A DNA stretch of 63,499 bases, filler included, from Octopus bimaculoides (taxonomy: Eukaryota), in the NCBI RefSeq assembly GCF_001194135.2. It is 6 parts of 6 records of this genome, joined end to end, with 100 filler letters (N's around TTAATTAATTAA, not from the genome) between each part and the next. Parts side by side here need not be neighbours in the genome. Positions count along the whole stretch, not along the records: positions 1 to 16,536 come from NC_068988.1; positions 16,637 to 27,491 come from NC_068985.1; 4 more parts are not named here. One strand, written 5' to 3'. A program made the position numbers and the translations under genes. Below the pieces are notes generated by a model that did no database searches, was not told the DNA's origin, and was given only the letters and a program-made list of their open reading frames with translations. Below, piece after piece: positions 12,000-23,979 of this stretch (position 1 is its first letter; each line of letters starts with the position of its first letter).

Positions 12000-12570
12000 C
12001 ATCTCTTTGCATAGTGCTTTGAAGAGTAGCTCAACAGAATCATTCCTTTCTCCACAAACACTATTTCAGAAACATACAGATGAATTTGACCTTTTCTACG
12101 TGAACTGTCCTATAAACACTGTGAAACCAAGAAACTGAATTTCAGCAGAAGATAAAGCAGCAGTAGCAAAATTTCATAGAGGAATGTCTTGGACTGACAT
12201 AGAAAAAGTAGTGTAGCTCCATCTATAACATTTCAGTCGAGAGAAAACTATTTTCTGACCATGACATGATACTCTGCAATATTAGTGTCTAGCATGCCAA
12301 TGTCAAACAGTTGCACTCACACCTAGCTCAACCATTTGACAACCTGAAACTTCACAAAGCAGACTGGAGAACAATTAGGGAAGATCTGTCACTTTTCGGT
12401 TGTTCCTTCACTCTTCTAACACTGAAGTAATTTGGTAAAGATATGAAGGCACTGTCACCATTTCAACAAAACCCATTAGCAAAAACTGGAGTCTCTCAAA
12501 AGACAAATGTCTCTCAACAGGCAAATGAAAAGACTGAATAAAGAAAAATCAATCAATATTAATACTACCA
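12000..12570 (+). mobile_element. CR1/L2-group LINE remnant (end of APE endonuclease plus linker)
   Basis: LFSDHDMILCNI..LKLHKADWRTIREDL matches the SDH motif followed by the typical K.DW..I linker. Confidence 0.55.
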
Positions 12571-12573
12571 TCT

Positions 12574-12783
12574 TAAGGCGGCGAACTGGCGGAATTTTTA
12601 GCACACAGGACAAAATGCTTGGCGGCATTCCCTCCGTCTTTACTTTCTGAGTTCAAATTCCATCGAGGTTAATTTTGTCTTTAATCCTTGATAAATATGC
12701 AACAGCTGAACACTGGGGTCGATGTAATCGACTACATCCCCACCGAAATTACTGGTCCTGAGCCAAAATTTGAAACCAATATC
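12574..12783 (+). mobile_element. SINE family B
   Basis: taaggcggcgaactggcgga..gagttcaaattcc..gaggt..ggggtcgatgtaatcgac..aaaatttgaaaccaat matches the many other copies. Confidence 0.85.
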
Positions 12784-12839
12784 AATACCACTACAAGTAG
12801 TATTCACAGTTAACTGAAATAAAAACAACCACAGAACCT

Positions 12840-13720
12840 CAATGAAGAACTAAGATAATAAAGAAGCCAAACACTACCCCAAAACGTTGTATCAATTTAC
12901 AAATAAACATAGGACCGTTCTCTCACCCATCAGCCTGATAGATGGTAACAGCATTTCCATAATGATGCTATTAAAATAAGAAAGATCCTGCAGAAACACT
13001 ATTGCTGTCTTCGGGGCTCCCAGGCCATTTCACTGATATAAAATCCTAAACCTATCTGCGATATAACATTCAATAACTCAGATATTACTGCAAAAATAAA
13101 CAAAACCAAACATTAATCTGCAGTCGGTTCTGTTCGATTCCTTGTTATTGTATATATATATATATATGTAATTAATTTACAAAGGTACCGTTAATTCTAT
13201 TATTATCCAATGTCACTAATTTAAGATTGATAATAACAGAATTAACGATACAGGCGACTGTAGGCCCAAAAATAGCATTTAAATAGCCGAGGGATTATAA
13301 TTAATCAAAGGACATACTAAGTATGTCTACCTGCTTGAAATAACAGTCAAAACTCGTTATTAAATCGCTAAAAATACACTGGTAATTACTACAGAAATCA
13401 CTCTTCATCGGTTACGAAGACGAATCTTCTAGTTGATTCAATCAACGGAACAGTCTGCTCGTGAAATTAATGTGCAAGTCGCTAAGCACTCCACAGACAC
13501 GCGTACCATTAACGTAGTTCTCAAGGAGATTCAAAGTTACACACAATGCAACAAGACTTCACCTCACACCTCACTATTATTCGGCCTTGACCTACACCAA
13601 GGATCCAACAACACCAGACTTTGCCTTCAAGAGCACTACATTCTTACTCTCCGAACTCAAACTCCATTTGGACTCAACACAACCCCCACCGCTTCTAGTG
13701 ACATCTTCTACACACCTTTT
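12840..13720 (+). mobile_element. Penelope-like element fragments (linker and GIY-YIG C-terminus), interrupted by a SINE tail at 13432-13556
   Basis: IRKILQKHYCCL near 12975 and GLDLHQGSNNTRLCLQEHYILTLRTQTPFGLN at 13585-13680, resembling the PLE R..RE.YWI.TL.TL.P.GLN terminus. Confidence 0.6.
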
Positions 13721-13789
13721 TATTTTAATTCATTTTCATTTTGTATTTATTTTATTTTATTTTATTTTCAATTCTGATTCTTCAATTTC

Positions 13790-15100
13790 TATTCTTCTCA
13801 CACACACCAGTACACATAGCATGGACCCCCACCACATTATCTACAAACACCTACCGCACACACATACACGTTGACTTTTTCGGACATGTACAAATGGAAC
13901 CCAGCACACCCACACAATACACACATATGCGCCAAAATACATACACATACGTATACACACACGCATATATACATCTACACACACATAAACACACGCATGC
14001 CCTCACACACACTCTGACACATATACACACACATTTACGCACATAGAGTTCCTCCTCACACACATTCATACGCGTATATACATATACACATATTCACACA
14101 TACACACACATACTCATAAACACACCCACACACGCCCTCACACACACTCATACACACATGTACATACACACACATATACACAGTCATAAGCACACACACA
14201 AACACATACAAACATCACCAATGGATTCACACACTCGTCATCTCACGCCTCACACCTCATTACACACTACACACACACGTGCGCGCTCATACACACGCAC
14301 ACACATACACAAATCCACACACGCGACCTCGCACTCACTCACATTCATACGTACAGCATACGCACACACATTCATACGCACATATATATATACATATACG
14401 CCCACACACGTACACACAGATGCCCGCCCTCTCATACGCACATATATACGCACTCCCATACACACACGCACACACGTACACACACACACGCCTGCTCGCA
14501 CACATGCCCATGTGCACTCACAAAAAAACCCACTCACATGGCTACACTAACGTACCCACACACGAGCCATCTCGCCTCCCCCTCTCTCGCTCTCTCTCTC
14601 ACGCTCACACACATACACACACGCGCACATATACACATGCACACACATACAGACGCACCTACACATACTTCCACATACACGACATCATGCATACTCATAT
14701 GCACATATATACACACACATACTCATAAGCACACACATATACTCGTACGCACACACACACACATACATATATAGACACATGCACGCGTACTCACACACTC
14801 ACACAACCACATACATTCTCACTCCGTCATATGCACACATACAACCACATATGTACACACACAGCCACGCCCACCCATTCACACACTTTTCACCTCCGAC
14901 TGAATAACCCCCCCCCATTGACCTGTTCGATGACTAACACAAACACACACGCAGGCAGATATTACCACACACACATACACACATACACACATACTACTCA
15001 CACAAGTACACACGCGCGCAGATACTACCACACATACACATACTAGTCACACAAACACAGATACGCATGCACACAGATACTATCACACACACACACATAT
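13790..15100. repeat. Long degenerate (CA/CATA/CACG)n low-complexity tract
   Basis: Directly visible. It accounts for the many His/Thr-rich ORFs in the track. Confidence 0.95.
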
Positions 15101-15226
15101 ACACATACTAACCATTTGCGCACTCTCCTGTCCCAAAACACCATTTTCTCCATCTCTTTCTATTTCTGGTAACTTCAGCAACGTGCTGCAGGCGATTTCT
15201 TTACCTTCCCTGGACATTTCTTTTTC

Positions 15227-15262
15227 TCCTTTCTGACAAAAAACTATGCTCGAAACGCCACA
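15227..15262 (+). ncRNA. Decayed hammerhead-ribozyme-like motif
   Basis: CTGACAA-A-AAAC-TAT-GCTC-GAA-ACGC-C can be derived from CTGACGA-A-GAGC-TAT-GCTC-GAA-ACG by three G>A changes. The downstream tagcgtcaaaacaatacat resembles family F. Confidence 0.45.
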
Positions 15263-15361
15263 TTCTCTCTTTTCACCTAGCGTCAAAACAATACATTTCT
15301 TATGCACACGTCTTCTAGTCGTCCGTTAATTCTACTCGTTTATTTGAATTAACTGTGCAAT

Positions 15362-15404
<43 letters not shown>

Positions 15405-16226
15405 NNNNNNNNNNNNNNNNNNNNNNNNNNNNNNNNNNNNNNNNNNNNNNNNNNNNNNNNNNNNNNNNNNNNNNNNNNNNNNNNNNNNNNNNNNNNNNNN
15501 NNNNNNNNNNNNNNNNNNNNNNNNNNNNNNNNNNNNNNNNNNNNNNNNNNNNNNNNNNNNNNNNNNNNNNNNNNNNNNNNNNNNNNNNNNNNNNNNNNNN
15601 NNNNNNNNNNNNNNNNNNNNNNNNNNNNNNNNNNNNNNNNNNNNNNNNNNNNNNNNNNNNNNNNNNNNNNNNNNNNNNNNNNNNNNNNNNNNNNNNNNNN
15701 NNNNNNNNNNNNNNNNNNNNNNNNNNNNNNNNNNNNNNNNNNNNNNNNNNNNNNNNNNNNNNNNNNNNNNNNNNNNNNNNNNNNNNNNNNNNNNNNNNNN
15801 NNNNNNNNNNNNNNNNNNNNNNNNNNNNNNNNNNNNNNNNNNNNNNNNNNNNNNNNNNNNNNNNNNNNNNNNNNNNNNNNNNNNNNNNNNNNNNNNNNNN
15901 NNNNNNNNNNNNNNNNNNNNNNNNNNNNNNNNNNNNNNNNNNNNNNNNNNNNNNNNNNNNNNNNNNNNNNNNNNNNNNNNNNNNNNNNNNNNNNNNNNNN
16001 NNNNNNNNNNNNNNNNNNNNNNNNNNNNNNNNNNNNNNNNNNNNNNNNNNNNNNNNNNNNNNNNNNNNNNNNNNNNNNNNNNNNNNNNNNNNNNNNNNNN
16101 NNNNNNNNNNNNNNNNNNNNNNNNNNNNNNNNNNNNNNNNNNNNNNNNNNNNNNNNNNNNNNNNNNNNNNNNNNNNNNNNNNNNNNNNNNNNNNNNNNNN
16201 NNNNNNNNNNNNNNNNNNNNNNNNNN

Positions 16227-16267
<41 letters not shown>

Positions 16268-16294
16268 ATGTATGTATGTATGTATGTATGTATG

Positions 16295-16462
16295 GACATA
16301 GACGACGGGATTCTTTCAGTTTCCGGTTACCAAATGCACTCACAATGCTTTGGTCGACCTATGACCACAGTAGAATACACTTGAACAAGGTGCTACACAG
16401 TGGGACTAAACCCTGAACCATGTTGGTGGAAAGCAAGCTACTTACCACACAGCCATGCCTAG
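16295..16462 (-). mobile_element. SINE family A, 5' half
   Basis: gacgacgggattctttcagtttccggttaccaaatgcactcacaatg...cttaccacacagccatgcc. Confidence 0.85.
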
Positions 16463-16580
16463 CTATCGCCTGTGTGGCCGGGAGTCGACCCCGAATCGAC
16501 TGGTTGGAAGGCAACCATGCTAACCATTATATATATNNNNNNNNNNNNNNNNNNNNNNNNNNNNNNNNNNNNNNNNNNNN

Positions 16581-16592
16581 TTAATTAATTAA
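16581..16592. other. Assembly linker TTAATTAATTAA inside N-gaps (also 27536, 53167, 59257, 61438)
   Basis: The identical palindromic 12-mer, which has stops in all six frames, is flanked by Ns on both sides five times. Confidence 0.9.
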
Positions 16593-16645
16593 NNNNNNNN
16601 NNNNNNNNNNNNNNNNNNNNNNNNNNNNNNNNNNNNATATATATG

Positions 16646-16679
<34 letters not shown>

Positions 16680-17214
16680 TGTATGTATACCCACACACAA
16701 ACCCACCCACACACACATACACACACGCATATATGTATACATATATATATATATAGGAATATATAGGATTATATTTTCTGTGTCATTTTTCTTTGTGTAA
16801 GAGGGTAGAGATGCCTTTTAAGAAAGAATTGGCTGTTATTATTAACAAGTCGAGCGATCACCTAATGGCTCATTCGTTAGTTGAGAAGACATTTGTGGCG
16901 CTGTCGTTATAGAAAACGGGGCAGTCAATATCAGCGACACGTGACCGTGCGCGTACGCATGCATGCACACGAACGCACTTACACACACATAGAAATGCAG
17001 AGGCACAATGAATAATTTCTACATCCTTTTCATTTCAGTAATCAGCCATGATTGATGAGTTTTTAAAGCGCTTTAAAGTATGTCTGAGGTGGTGGTTAAG
17101 GGGGGGAATGAGTATAGGGTGGAGGAGGATATGTGTGGAAGATTATCTCTTCATTCAAACACACATACGCACAATGCACATACTCTTTCCACATACACAC
17201 ACGACGGGGGAGAG

Positions 17215-17287
<73 letters not shown>

Positions 17288-17780
17288 ACACATTCACATA
17301 CAATCTGCATTCGAAGGATCCTCACGGCAAGAAGATACTTTTATGTAGTCGCTCACCCTGCTAGAAATAGCAACCAAATCTCTTTAAAACCATACATTAC
17401 ACATTTTAAAAAAAGGACACAAGGGATAACGTGGTCTTGGGTGCAAAAACACCGGATGTGTTTATAATAGCATCAGTAGCAACTTAGCGAAATAAGGGAA
17501 ACTTCTGGGAATTGAACCTTAATTGCGCAGTCAGTATCCCACATGCCACTAATACGCCACGACGTTCAAATCCCGCTCCCCGTTTGAAAATATTTATAAA
17601 TCCTATGCGTAAAATATATCATAGGTAGGGGTTATTTACTCAATGATGCATTCAAAAGAATACTCGAACACGTATGGTTCCCTAATTGATTTAGGTGCTT
17701 CTGTTTTAGCAAGAAACAGGCATCCTCTTCTCGATCCTTTTACCCTTTGATCCAGCGGTACATGAAGGGTGAGATAAGTG

Positions 17781-17823
<43 letters not shown>

Positions 17824-17912
17824 NNNNNNNNNNNNNNNNNNNNNNNNNNNNNNNNNNNNNNNNNNNNNNNNNNNNNNNNNNNNNNNNNNNNNNNNNNNNN
17901 NNNNNNNNNNNN

Positions 17913-17949
<37 letters not shown>

Positions 17950-17961
17950 GCACCGGGGCTC

Positions 17962-18122
17962 AGGTGATACTCATTTCTAGGTGAGTAGACTGAAGCAACG
18001 AAAAAAATGAAATGTCTCACTCAAAGTGAAAGACACAATGATGTGCCCAGTCCAGAAATTGAACTCAAGACATTATGATCATAAGCCCAACATCCACTCT
18101 TAATCATTAAGCTACGCGCGTT
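17962..18122 (-). mobile_element. SINE family D, 5' part (diverged)
   Basis: ctcatttctaggtgagtagactgaagcaacg...gaaattgaactcaag..taatcattaagctacgcgc is homologous to the head and body of 5947-6264. Confidence 0.6.
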
Positions 18123-18546
18123 CAGACGGAGAATTAGGAAAGGAGATTATTTTAAGAAATTAGAAATCAATCCCACAGAAAGTTATTTTTCATGCTTACA
18201 GGGAAAATATGATCTTCGCTTGCAGACAAAGTTGTAGTCAAACGTTTCGTTAGTAAAATAGTATAATAAGCCGTTTTTGAAACAAGAGAGTTAACTCTTA
18301 ACTTCCTTACGAGAGTTATTTACCTTGAGCAGTTCTTAATACTTTAGTTGTGTCCCTTAGATATCTCCATTTTTATTTTTTTATTTATTTTCGTTTTTGT
18401 TTTATAATGTTCCAATCATTTGTCATGCCAAAGATAGAATTGATAAAGTGTTAGCCTACTAACGCCGTCTCCGACTGAATGACGACCGTCATTCTGACCG
18501 TGCTGTAAATAAGCAAGTAGTGTTTAGTTAATCGCTACAACTCTTT

Positions 18547-18700
18547 TTAACCCTTTACCATTTAAACCAGCATATCTGGCTCAAATATTCTACCTATTTT
18601 ATGTTCCAACCACCAGATCCAGCCTCACACAAATATCCAACAACGTCATTCCAAAAATATACAGTCACATCATTGAAATCTCGAAGATACACGATAATCT
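18547..18700 (+). mobile_element. Possible piggyBac-like non-autonomous element, left part
   Basis: Starts TTAA-CCCTTT, the piggyBac terminus signature. No right TIR was found. Confidence 0.3.
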
Positions 18701-18704
18701 TTTC

Positions 18705-18812
18705 TACCCTAGGCACAAGGCCCGAAATTTGTGGGGAGGAGCCAGTCGATTAGATCGACCGCAGTATACAACTGGTACTTAATTTATCGATCCCGAAAAG
18801 ATGAAAGGCAAA
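18705..18812 (-). mobile_element. SINE family B, 3' half
   Basis: ctaggcacaaggcccgaaattt..gtcgattagatcgacc..actggtacttaatttatcga..gaaaggcaaag. Confidence 0.8.
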
Positions 18813-20034
18813 GGAGAGTCTTTAATTAATATACACTGCATATTCGCAAATAACATAATATAATTAGTTTACACAGACGTACATAGATTTACATATACAT
18901 ATGTAAACATACATACACACTGATATAGAAATAAGTACACGCATACTAAATTGTATATATACCAATACACATATACTTATTTGTATATATATATTTATAT
19001 CCATACACCCATATGTATATATATATATATATATTTATATGTATATATATANNNNNNNNNNNNNNNNNNNNNNNNNNNNNNNNNNNNNNNNNNNNNNNNN
19101 NNNNNNNNNNNNNNNNNNNNNNNNNNNNNNNNNNNNNNNNNNNNNNNNNNNNNNNNNNNNNNNNNNNNNNNNNNNNNNNNNNNNNNNNNNNNNNNNNNNN
19201 NNNNNNNNNNNNNNNNNNNNNNNNNNNNNNNNNNNNNNNNNNNNNNNNNNNNNNNNNNNNNNNNNNNNNNNNNNNNNNNNNNNNNNNNNNNNNNNNNNNN
19301 NNNNNNNNNNNNNNNNNNNNNNNNNNNNNNNNNNNNNNNNNNNNNNNNNNNNNNNNNNNNNNNNNNNNNNNNNNNNNNNNNNNNNNNNNNNNNNNNNNNN
19401 NNNNNNNNNNNNNNNNNNNNNNNNNNNNNNNNNNNNNNNNNNNNNNNNNNNNNNNNNNNNNNNNNNNNNNNNNNNNNNNNNNNNNNNNNNNNNNNNNNNN
19501 NNNNNNNNNNNNNNNNNNNNNNNNNNNNNNNNNNNNNNNNNNNNNNNNNNNNNNNNNNNNNNNNNNNNNNNNNNNNNNNNNNNNNNNNNNNNNNNNNNNN
19601 NNNNNNNNNNNNNNNNNNNNNNNNNNNNNNNNNNNNNNNNNNNNNNNNNNNNNNNNNNNNNNNNNNNNNNNNNNNNNNNNNNNNNNNNNNNNNNNNNNNN
19701 NNNNNNNNNNNNNNNNNNNNNNNNNNNNNNNNNNNNNNNNNNNNNNNNNNNNNNNNNNNNNNNNNNNNNNNNNNNNNNNNNNNNNNNNNNNNNNNNNNNN
19801 NNNNNNNNNNNNNNNNNNNNNNNNNNNNNNNNNNNNNNNNNNNNNNNNNNNNNNNNNNNNNNNNNNNNNNNNNNNNNNNNNNNNNNNNNNNNNNNNNNNN
19901 NNNNNNNNNNNNNNNNNNNNNNNNNNNNNNNNNNNNNNNNNNNNNNNNNNNNNNNNNNNNNNNNNNNNNNNNNNNNNNNNNNNNNNNNNNNNNNNNNNNN
20001 NNNNNNNNNNNNNNNNNNNNNNNNNNNNNNNNNN

Positions 20035-20066
<32 letters not shown>

Positions 20067-20149
20067 TGTATGTATGTATGTATGTATGTGTGTATGTATG
20101 TGTGTATGTGCGTGTGTGTGTGTGTGTGTATGTGTGTGTGTGTGTGTGT

Positions 20150-20369
20150 GTCTGTGTTTGTGTCTGTTTGTCCTGCCACCACCATTGCTTGACAACCGAT
20201 GTTGGTGCGTTTGCATCCCTGTAATTTAGCTGTTCAGCAGTAGAGACTGATAGAATAAGCACCAGGCTTACAGGGTTATAAGTCCAGGGGTCAATTTCTT
20301 CGACTAAAGGGTGGTGCTCCAATATGGCCACCGTCAAATGACTGAAACAAGTAAAAGAATAAAAGAATA
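20150..20369 (+). mobile_element. SINE family A, 3' half
   Basis: Matches 3205-3405 and ends aagtaaaagaataaaagaata. Confidence 0.85.
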
Positions 20370-20532
20370 CCAGAAAAAACGTTCCGTACCACTAAACCAA
20401 GAAGGTTCTTTGAATATGTATGATGTATTTTAAGGTTAAATAGTAATTCCATTTACGTTTGTGTAACTGAGATATTTTGGTTGGATTATACAGTCATGTT
20501 ACGTTACTTTCTATATTCTGTAAATGTCACAA

Positions 20533-20680
20533 TATACTTTTCTAAGCCTGAAATTTTTGTGGGGAGGAGGCCAGTTGATTAGATCGACCCCAGTACACAA
20601 CTGGTACTTAATTTATCGACCCCCGAAAGGACGAAAAGCAAAGTCGACCTCGGAAGACTTTGAACTCAGAACGTAAAGAC
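20533..20680 (-). mobile_element. SINE family B (5' part lost into the gap)
   Basis: Reverse complement of the family B body. Confidence 0.8.
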
Positions 20681-20787
20681 AGACGGTCATAATATGCAAA
20701 TATTTCTCATGGCACCAGTACACTGTTTATAGATGCNNNNNNNNNNNNNNNNNNNNNNNNNNNNNNNNNNNNNNNNNNNNNNNNNNG

Positions 20788-21010
20788 CACGCCAGACGAA
20801 ATGCTTAGCAGTATTTCGTCTGCCGTTACGTTCTGAGTTCAAATTCCGCCGAGGTCGACTTTGCCTTTCATCCTTTCGGGGTCGATTAAATAAGTACCAG
20901 TTACGCACTGGTGTCGATGTAATCGACTTAATCCGTTTGTCTGTCCTTGTTTGTCCCCTCTATGTTTAGCCTCTTGTGGTCAATAAAGAAATAATAATAA
21001 TAATAATAAT
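20788..21010 (+). mobile_element. SINE family B variant with an alternative 3' end and (TAA)n tail
   Basis: gaaatgcttagcagtatttcgtc..gttcaaattccgccgaggtcgactttgcc..gtttagcctcttgtggtcaataaagaa(taa)n. Confidence 0.85.
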
Positions 21011-21024
21011 TATATTATTATTGT

Positions 21025-22054
21025 TATTACCTCCGCCTTCGCGAAGGCGGAGGTATTGTTTTCAGTCGTGTTACTTTTGTTTGTCCTTAGACAAGATATC
21101 TCAAGAACCGCTGGATGGATTCGGATGAAACTTTTAGGGATGTTTGGTCTCGTGACTGGCACGATCGGATTAAATTTTGGGATCGATCAGGTACCCGACA
21201 AGGATTCTGGATTATTTACTTTACTTTACATGAAGTATTACGATCTTAACGTTTCTCTGATTATCTCTCTTGAAAGCACGCTCGTGGTTTCCACGTAAGT
21301 TATGGCGGCGTTGCTGTTTCCAAAGTTTTATTTTCGTTTCTCTATTATTAACTTTACTCGTGTCTCTATCTTAGTAAAAACTGATGGATATAAAAATGAA
21401 ACTACATAAACAAACGGCAGCAAAACTGTCCAGAAATTAAGTAATACTAACATATTCAGTAACAATAATAAATTTAGTTTGTCCTCGACAATTTTTAGTT
21501 TTACCAATTTTGAATATATCGCTCCTGTTTAAAACCTCTTATCTACTTGACAATTGCATATCTAACTCGGCCTTGAAGGAAGTTTTACTTCTTGGACTCA
21601 TGTTTCTATGCGCAACGATGTTGTTAAACCTCCGTTAACAACACCGTATGCAGGTCCTTTCCATTTTGTTTCACGCACGGATTAATTTTTCATTATAGAC
21701 CTTAATGGTCGTAAAAATACACTATATCAGTGGATAGACTAAAAAAGGCCTTCATAGAGAAAACTCCCTGTTCCCACTGCAGACGACACACACACAGCAT
21801 CGCAAAATCGGACCGCACACCTACCTTCACATTCCATGACTACCACTGGGATCGATCAGGTACCGGTCAAGGATTCTGGATTATTTTCCGTATTTTTTAC
21901 TTAAATTTTGAGAGCGACCGGGTTCATTTTTAGTATTCTCGTTTGTGAGGGCAGCCGAGTTTATTTCAGATATTCTCATTTCAAAAATCATCTCTGGCTA
22001 ATCGTTGAGAGGACATTGGTGTTGCCTTGGCAGAAGTTTGCGCTCTCTGAGTGC

Positions 22055-22055
<1 letters not shown>
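21025..22055 (+). mobile_element. Helentron/DINE-1-like non-autonomous element (HINE-like)
   Basis: 5' palindrome ACCTCCGCCTTC-GC-GAAGGCGGAGGT (21029-21054), 3' subterminal copy CCTTGGCAGAAGT (22025-22037), terminal hairpin GCGCTC-TCT-GAGTGC (22040-22054), T-rich flanks, and an internal direct repeat gggatcgatcaggtacc..aaggattctggattattt at ~21179 and ~21848. Confidence 0.65.
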
Positions 22056-22127
<72 letters not shown>

Positions 22128-22791
22128 TAAGACGTCGCAAAGTATCCAGTATCGTGATGTTGTTGGTTGAAGATATTGTGTCTACGGGGGGATTGTACTG
22201 TCTGTCAAGTCACAACAAGGACCTCAGACTGACAGTACTTAACGCAATATGCGTGCTATTCCAAGTAATGCCAACTTTTGCAATACACCTAGATTGTAGG
22301 GTATTTCTTAAATTTCCTGAAGAAACATCAAGTTGGGTGGTATTGAACCCAATGCTCCGATGGCAATAGAGACAACCTTTATATTTGACTCTCGTAGCTG
22401 CCACATCATGGCGATGTCAGTTCTCAGATATCCATATTTATCGATCTTTTCTCTTTATTTCATGATATGTTGATCTCCTAGCACTGCCACGTCGATTATT
22501 AGGCACTCTTGTTTGTCCCTCCTAAAGGTCACTATGTCCGGCCTTCGATGCTCTAACACCTTGTCTGTTTGGAACTCAAAGTCCCAGAGGATGTTTGCCT
22601 TCCCCTTTTCGTCCATTACCTTTTCTGGTGTATGTTAGTACCAAGCACTCGTTACCTCGTATCAGTACTTCCGGCATAGCCAGTGAAGGTGTGTGCTATC
22701 TTGTCGTGTCTGCGTTTGTAATCTTTCTGCGCAAGACTTTCACAAGCACTAACAATGTGAGTCACGCTTTCGACCCTCTTTCCACACATTC
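22128..22791 (-). mobile_element. R4/Dong-like LINE, 5'-truncated (CCHC finger, RLE endonuclease, 3' UTR, (TAA)n)
   Basis: MCGKRVESVTHIVSACESLAQKDYKRRHDKI / ILWDFEFQTDKVLEHRRPDIV..CLIIDVAV / EKIDKY..IGALGS..LQK.ALLG. Confidence 0.9.
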
Positions 22792-22809
22792 ATTTTCTTC
22801 TTCTTGTTT

Positions 22810-22829
22810 TTGTTGTTGTTGTTGTTGTT

Positions 22830-22877
<48 letters not shown>

Positions 22878-22979
22878 CTTCTTCTTCTTCTTCTTCTTCT
22901 TCTTCTTCTTCTTCTTCTTCTTCTTCTTCTTCTTCTTCTTTTTCTTCTATTCTTCATTATTATTATTATTATTATTATT

Positions 22980-23040
<61 letters not shown>

Positions 23041-23041
23041 C

Positions 23042-23091
<50 letters not shown>
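22810..23091. repeat. Compound trinucleotide array (TTG)n(TTC)n(ATT)n(ATC)n(ATT)n
   Basis: Directly visible. Confidence 0.95.
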
Positions 23092-23094
<3 letters not shown>

Positions 23095-23979
23095 CTATGT
23101 ATTCAAGTCAACATTATCTGCGTAATTTATATTGGTAAGTTATTATTTTTTCTCGAGTATATTTATTAGCTCAGAATAATAATGAATCATTTCGTTTTGA
23201 AGGATATTTTGACTGTTATTTCTAGCTAATCGAACATCAATACAGCAACTCTCTCGCTGGCTCATTATTCTCATTGTTGTTAATTTTGACGAGTTGTGGC
23301 ATTTAACGATATGTCGTTGTTACGAGCTCAAATCACATCGGCGACGATTTTTATATTCATTCCTTCGTTGAAGTGAATAAACCACTTAACCTGCCGGAAA
23401 TAACAGCCAGATATTACTCAACCCACTGTGCCCTACCGTCTTTAAAAAAGACACTGGTTAGTGTATGTGTAAAAGAACGGCTGGATACAGTTGGAATGTT
23501 GTTAATTATTGATCTGCTTGAATAGAGTTCAACAGTGAGTTAAAAAAATAACACAACCAATAAAAGATCACGTTGAACAATGTAGTTCCTGATACACAAA
23601 AAGATGGTAAGGCTACTGTAGATAAAATTAGTAAAAAAAAATTAGTGTATAGATGAACGGACGCTATTTTATTATTTTCATTATCGATTACATTAGCTAG
23701 TAGTTGGCACAATAAAAATTTTAACCTGTATCTTTCAAGTTGTAAGCACTTCAAAGTGAATGAAAGTCAATGTCGAAATGTATGAATCCAGTTGATTGAA
23801 GAATATCAATGAAGTTAAGTTAAGTGATTGCCACGACGAAACACATCGATAAAAGCACTTGAATTGGGCAGAACATGAATTATGGGTACACAGTTATTGT
23901 CTTATGACCTCATGAATATGGTATTACTGAGTTTTGGGTTAAAATCACATGTCACGTTCTGGTCTTTATGAAGCGTTTG

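Noticed and set aside
13741-15046. Many His/Thr- and Val/Cys-rich ORFs
   Set aside because: They are products of (CA)n-type low-complexity DNA.
16581-16592. Recurrent TTAATTAATTAA motif as a biological signal
   Set aside because: It is always embedded between N runs with identical sequence, so it is an assembly linker.
15315-20337. 300-460 aa ORFs spanning gaps (also at 30631-31613, 39523-42200 and 48486-49686)
   Set aside because: They consist almost entirely of X from N runs.
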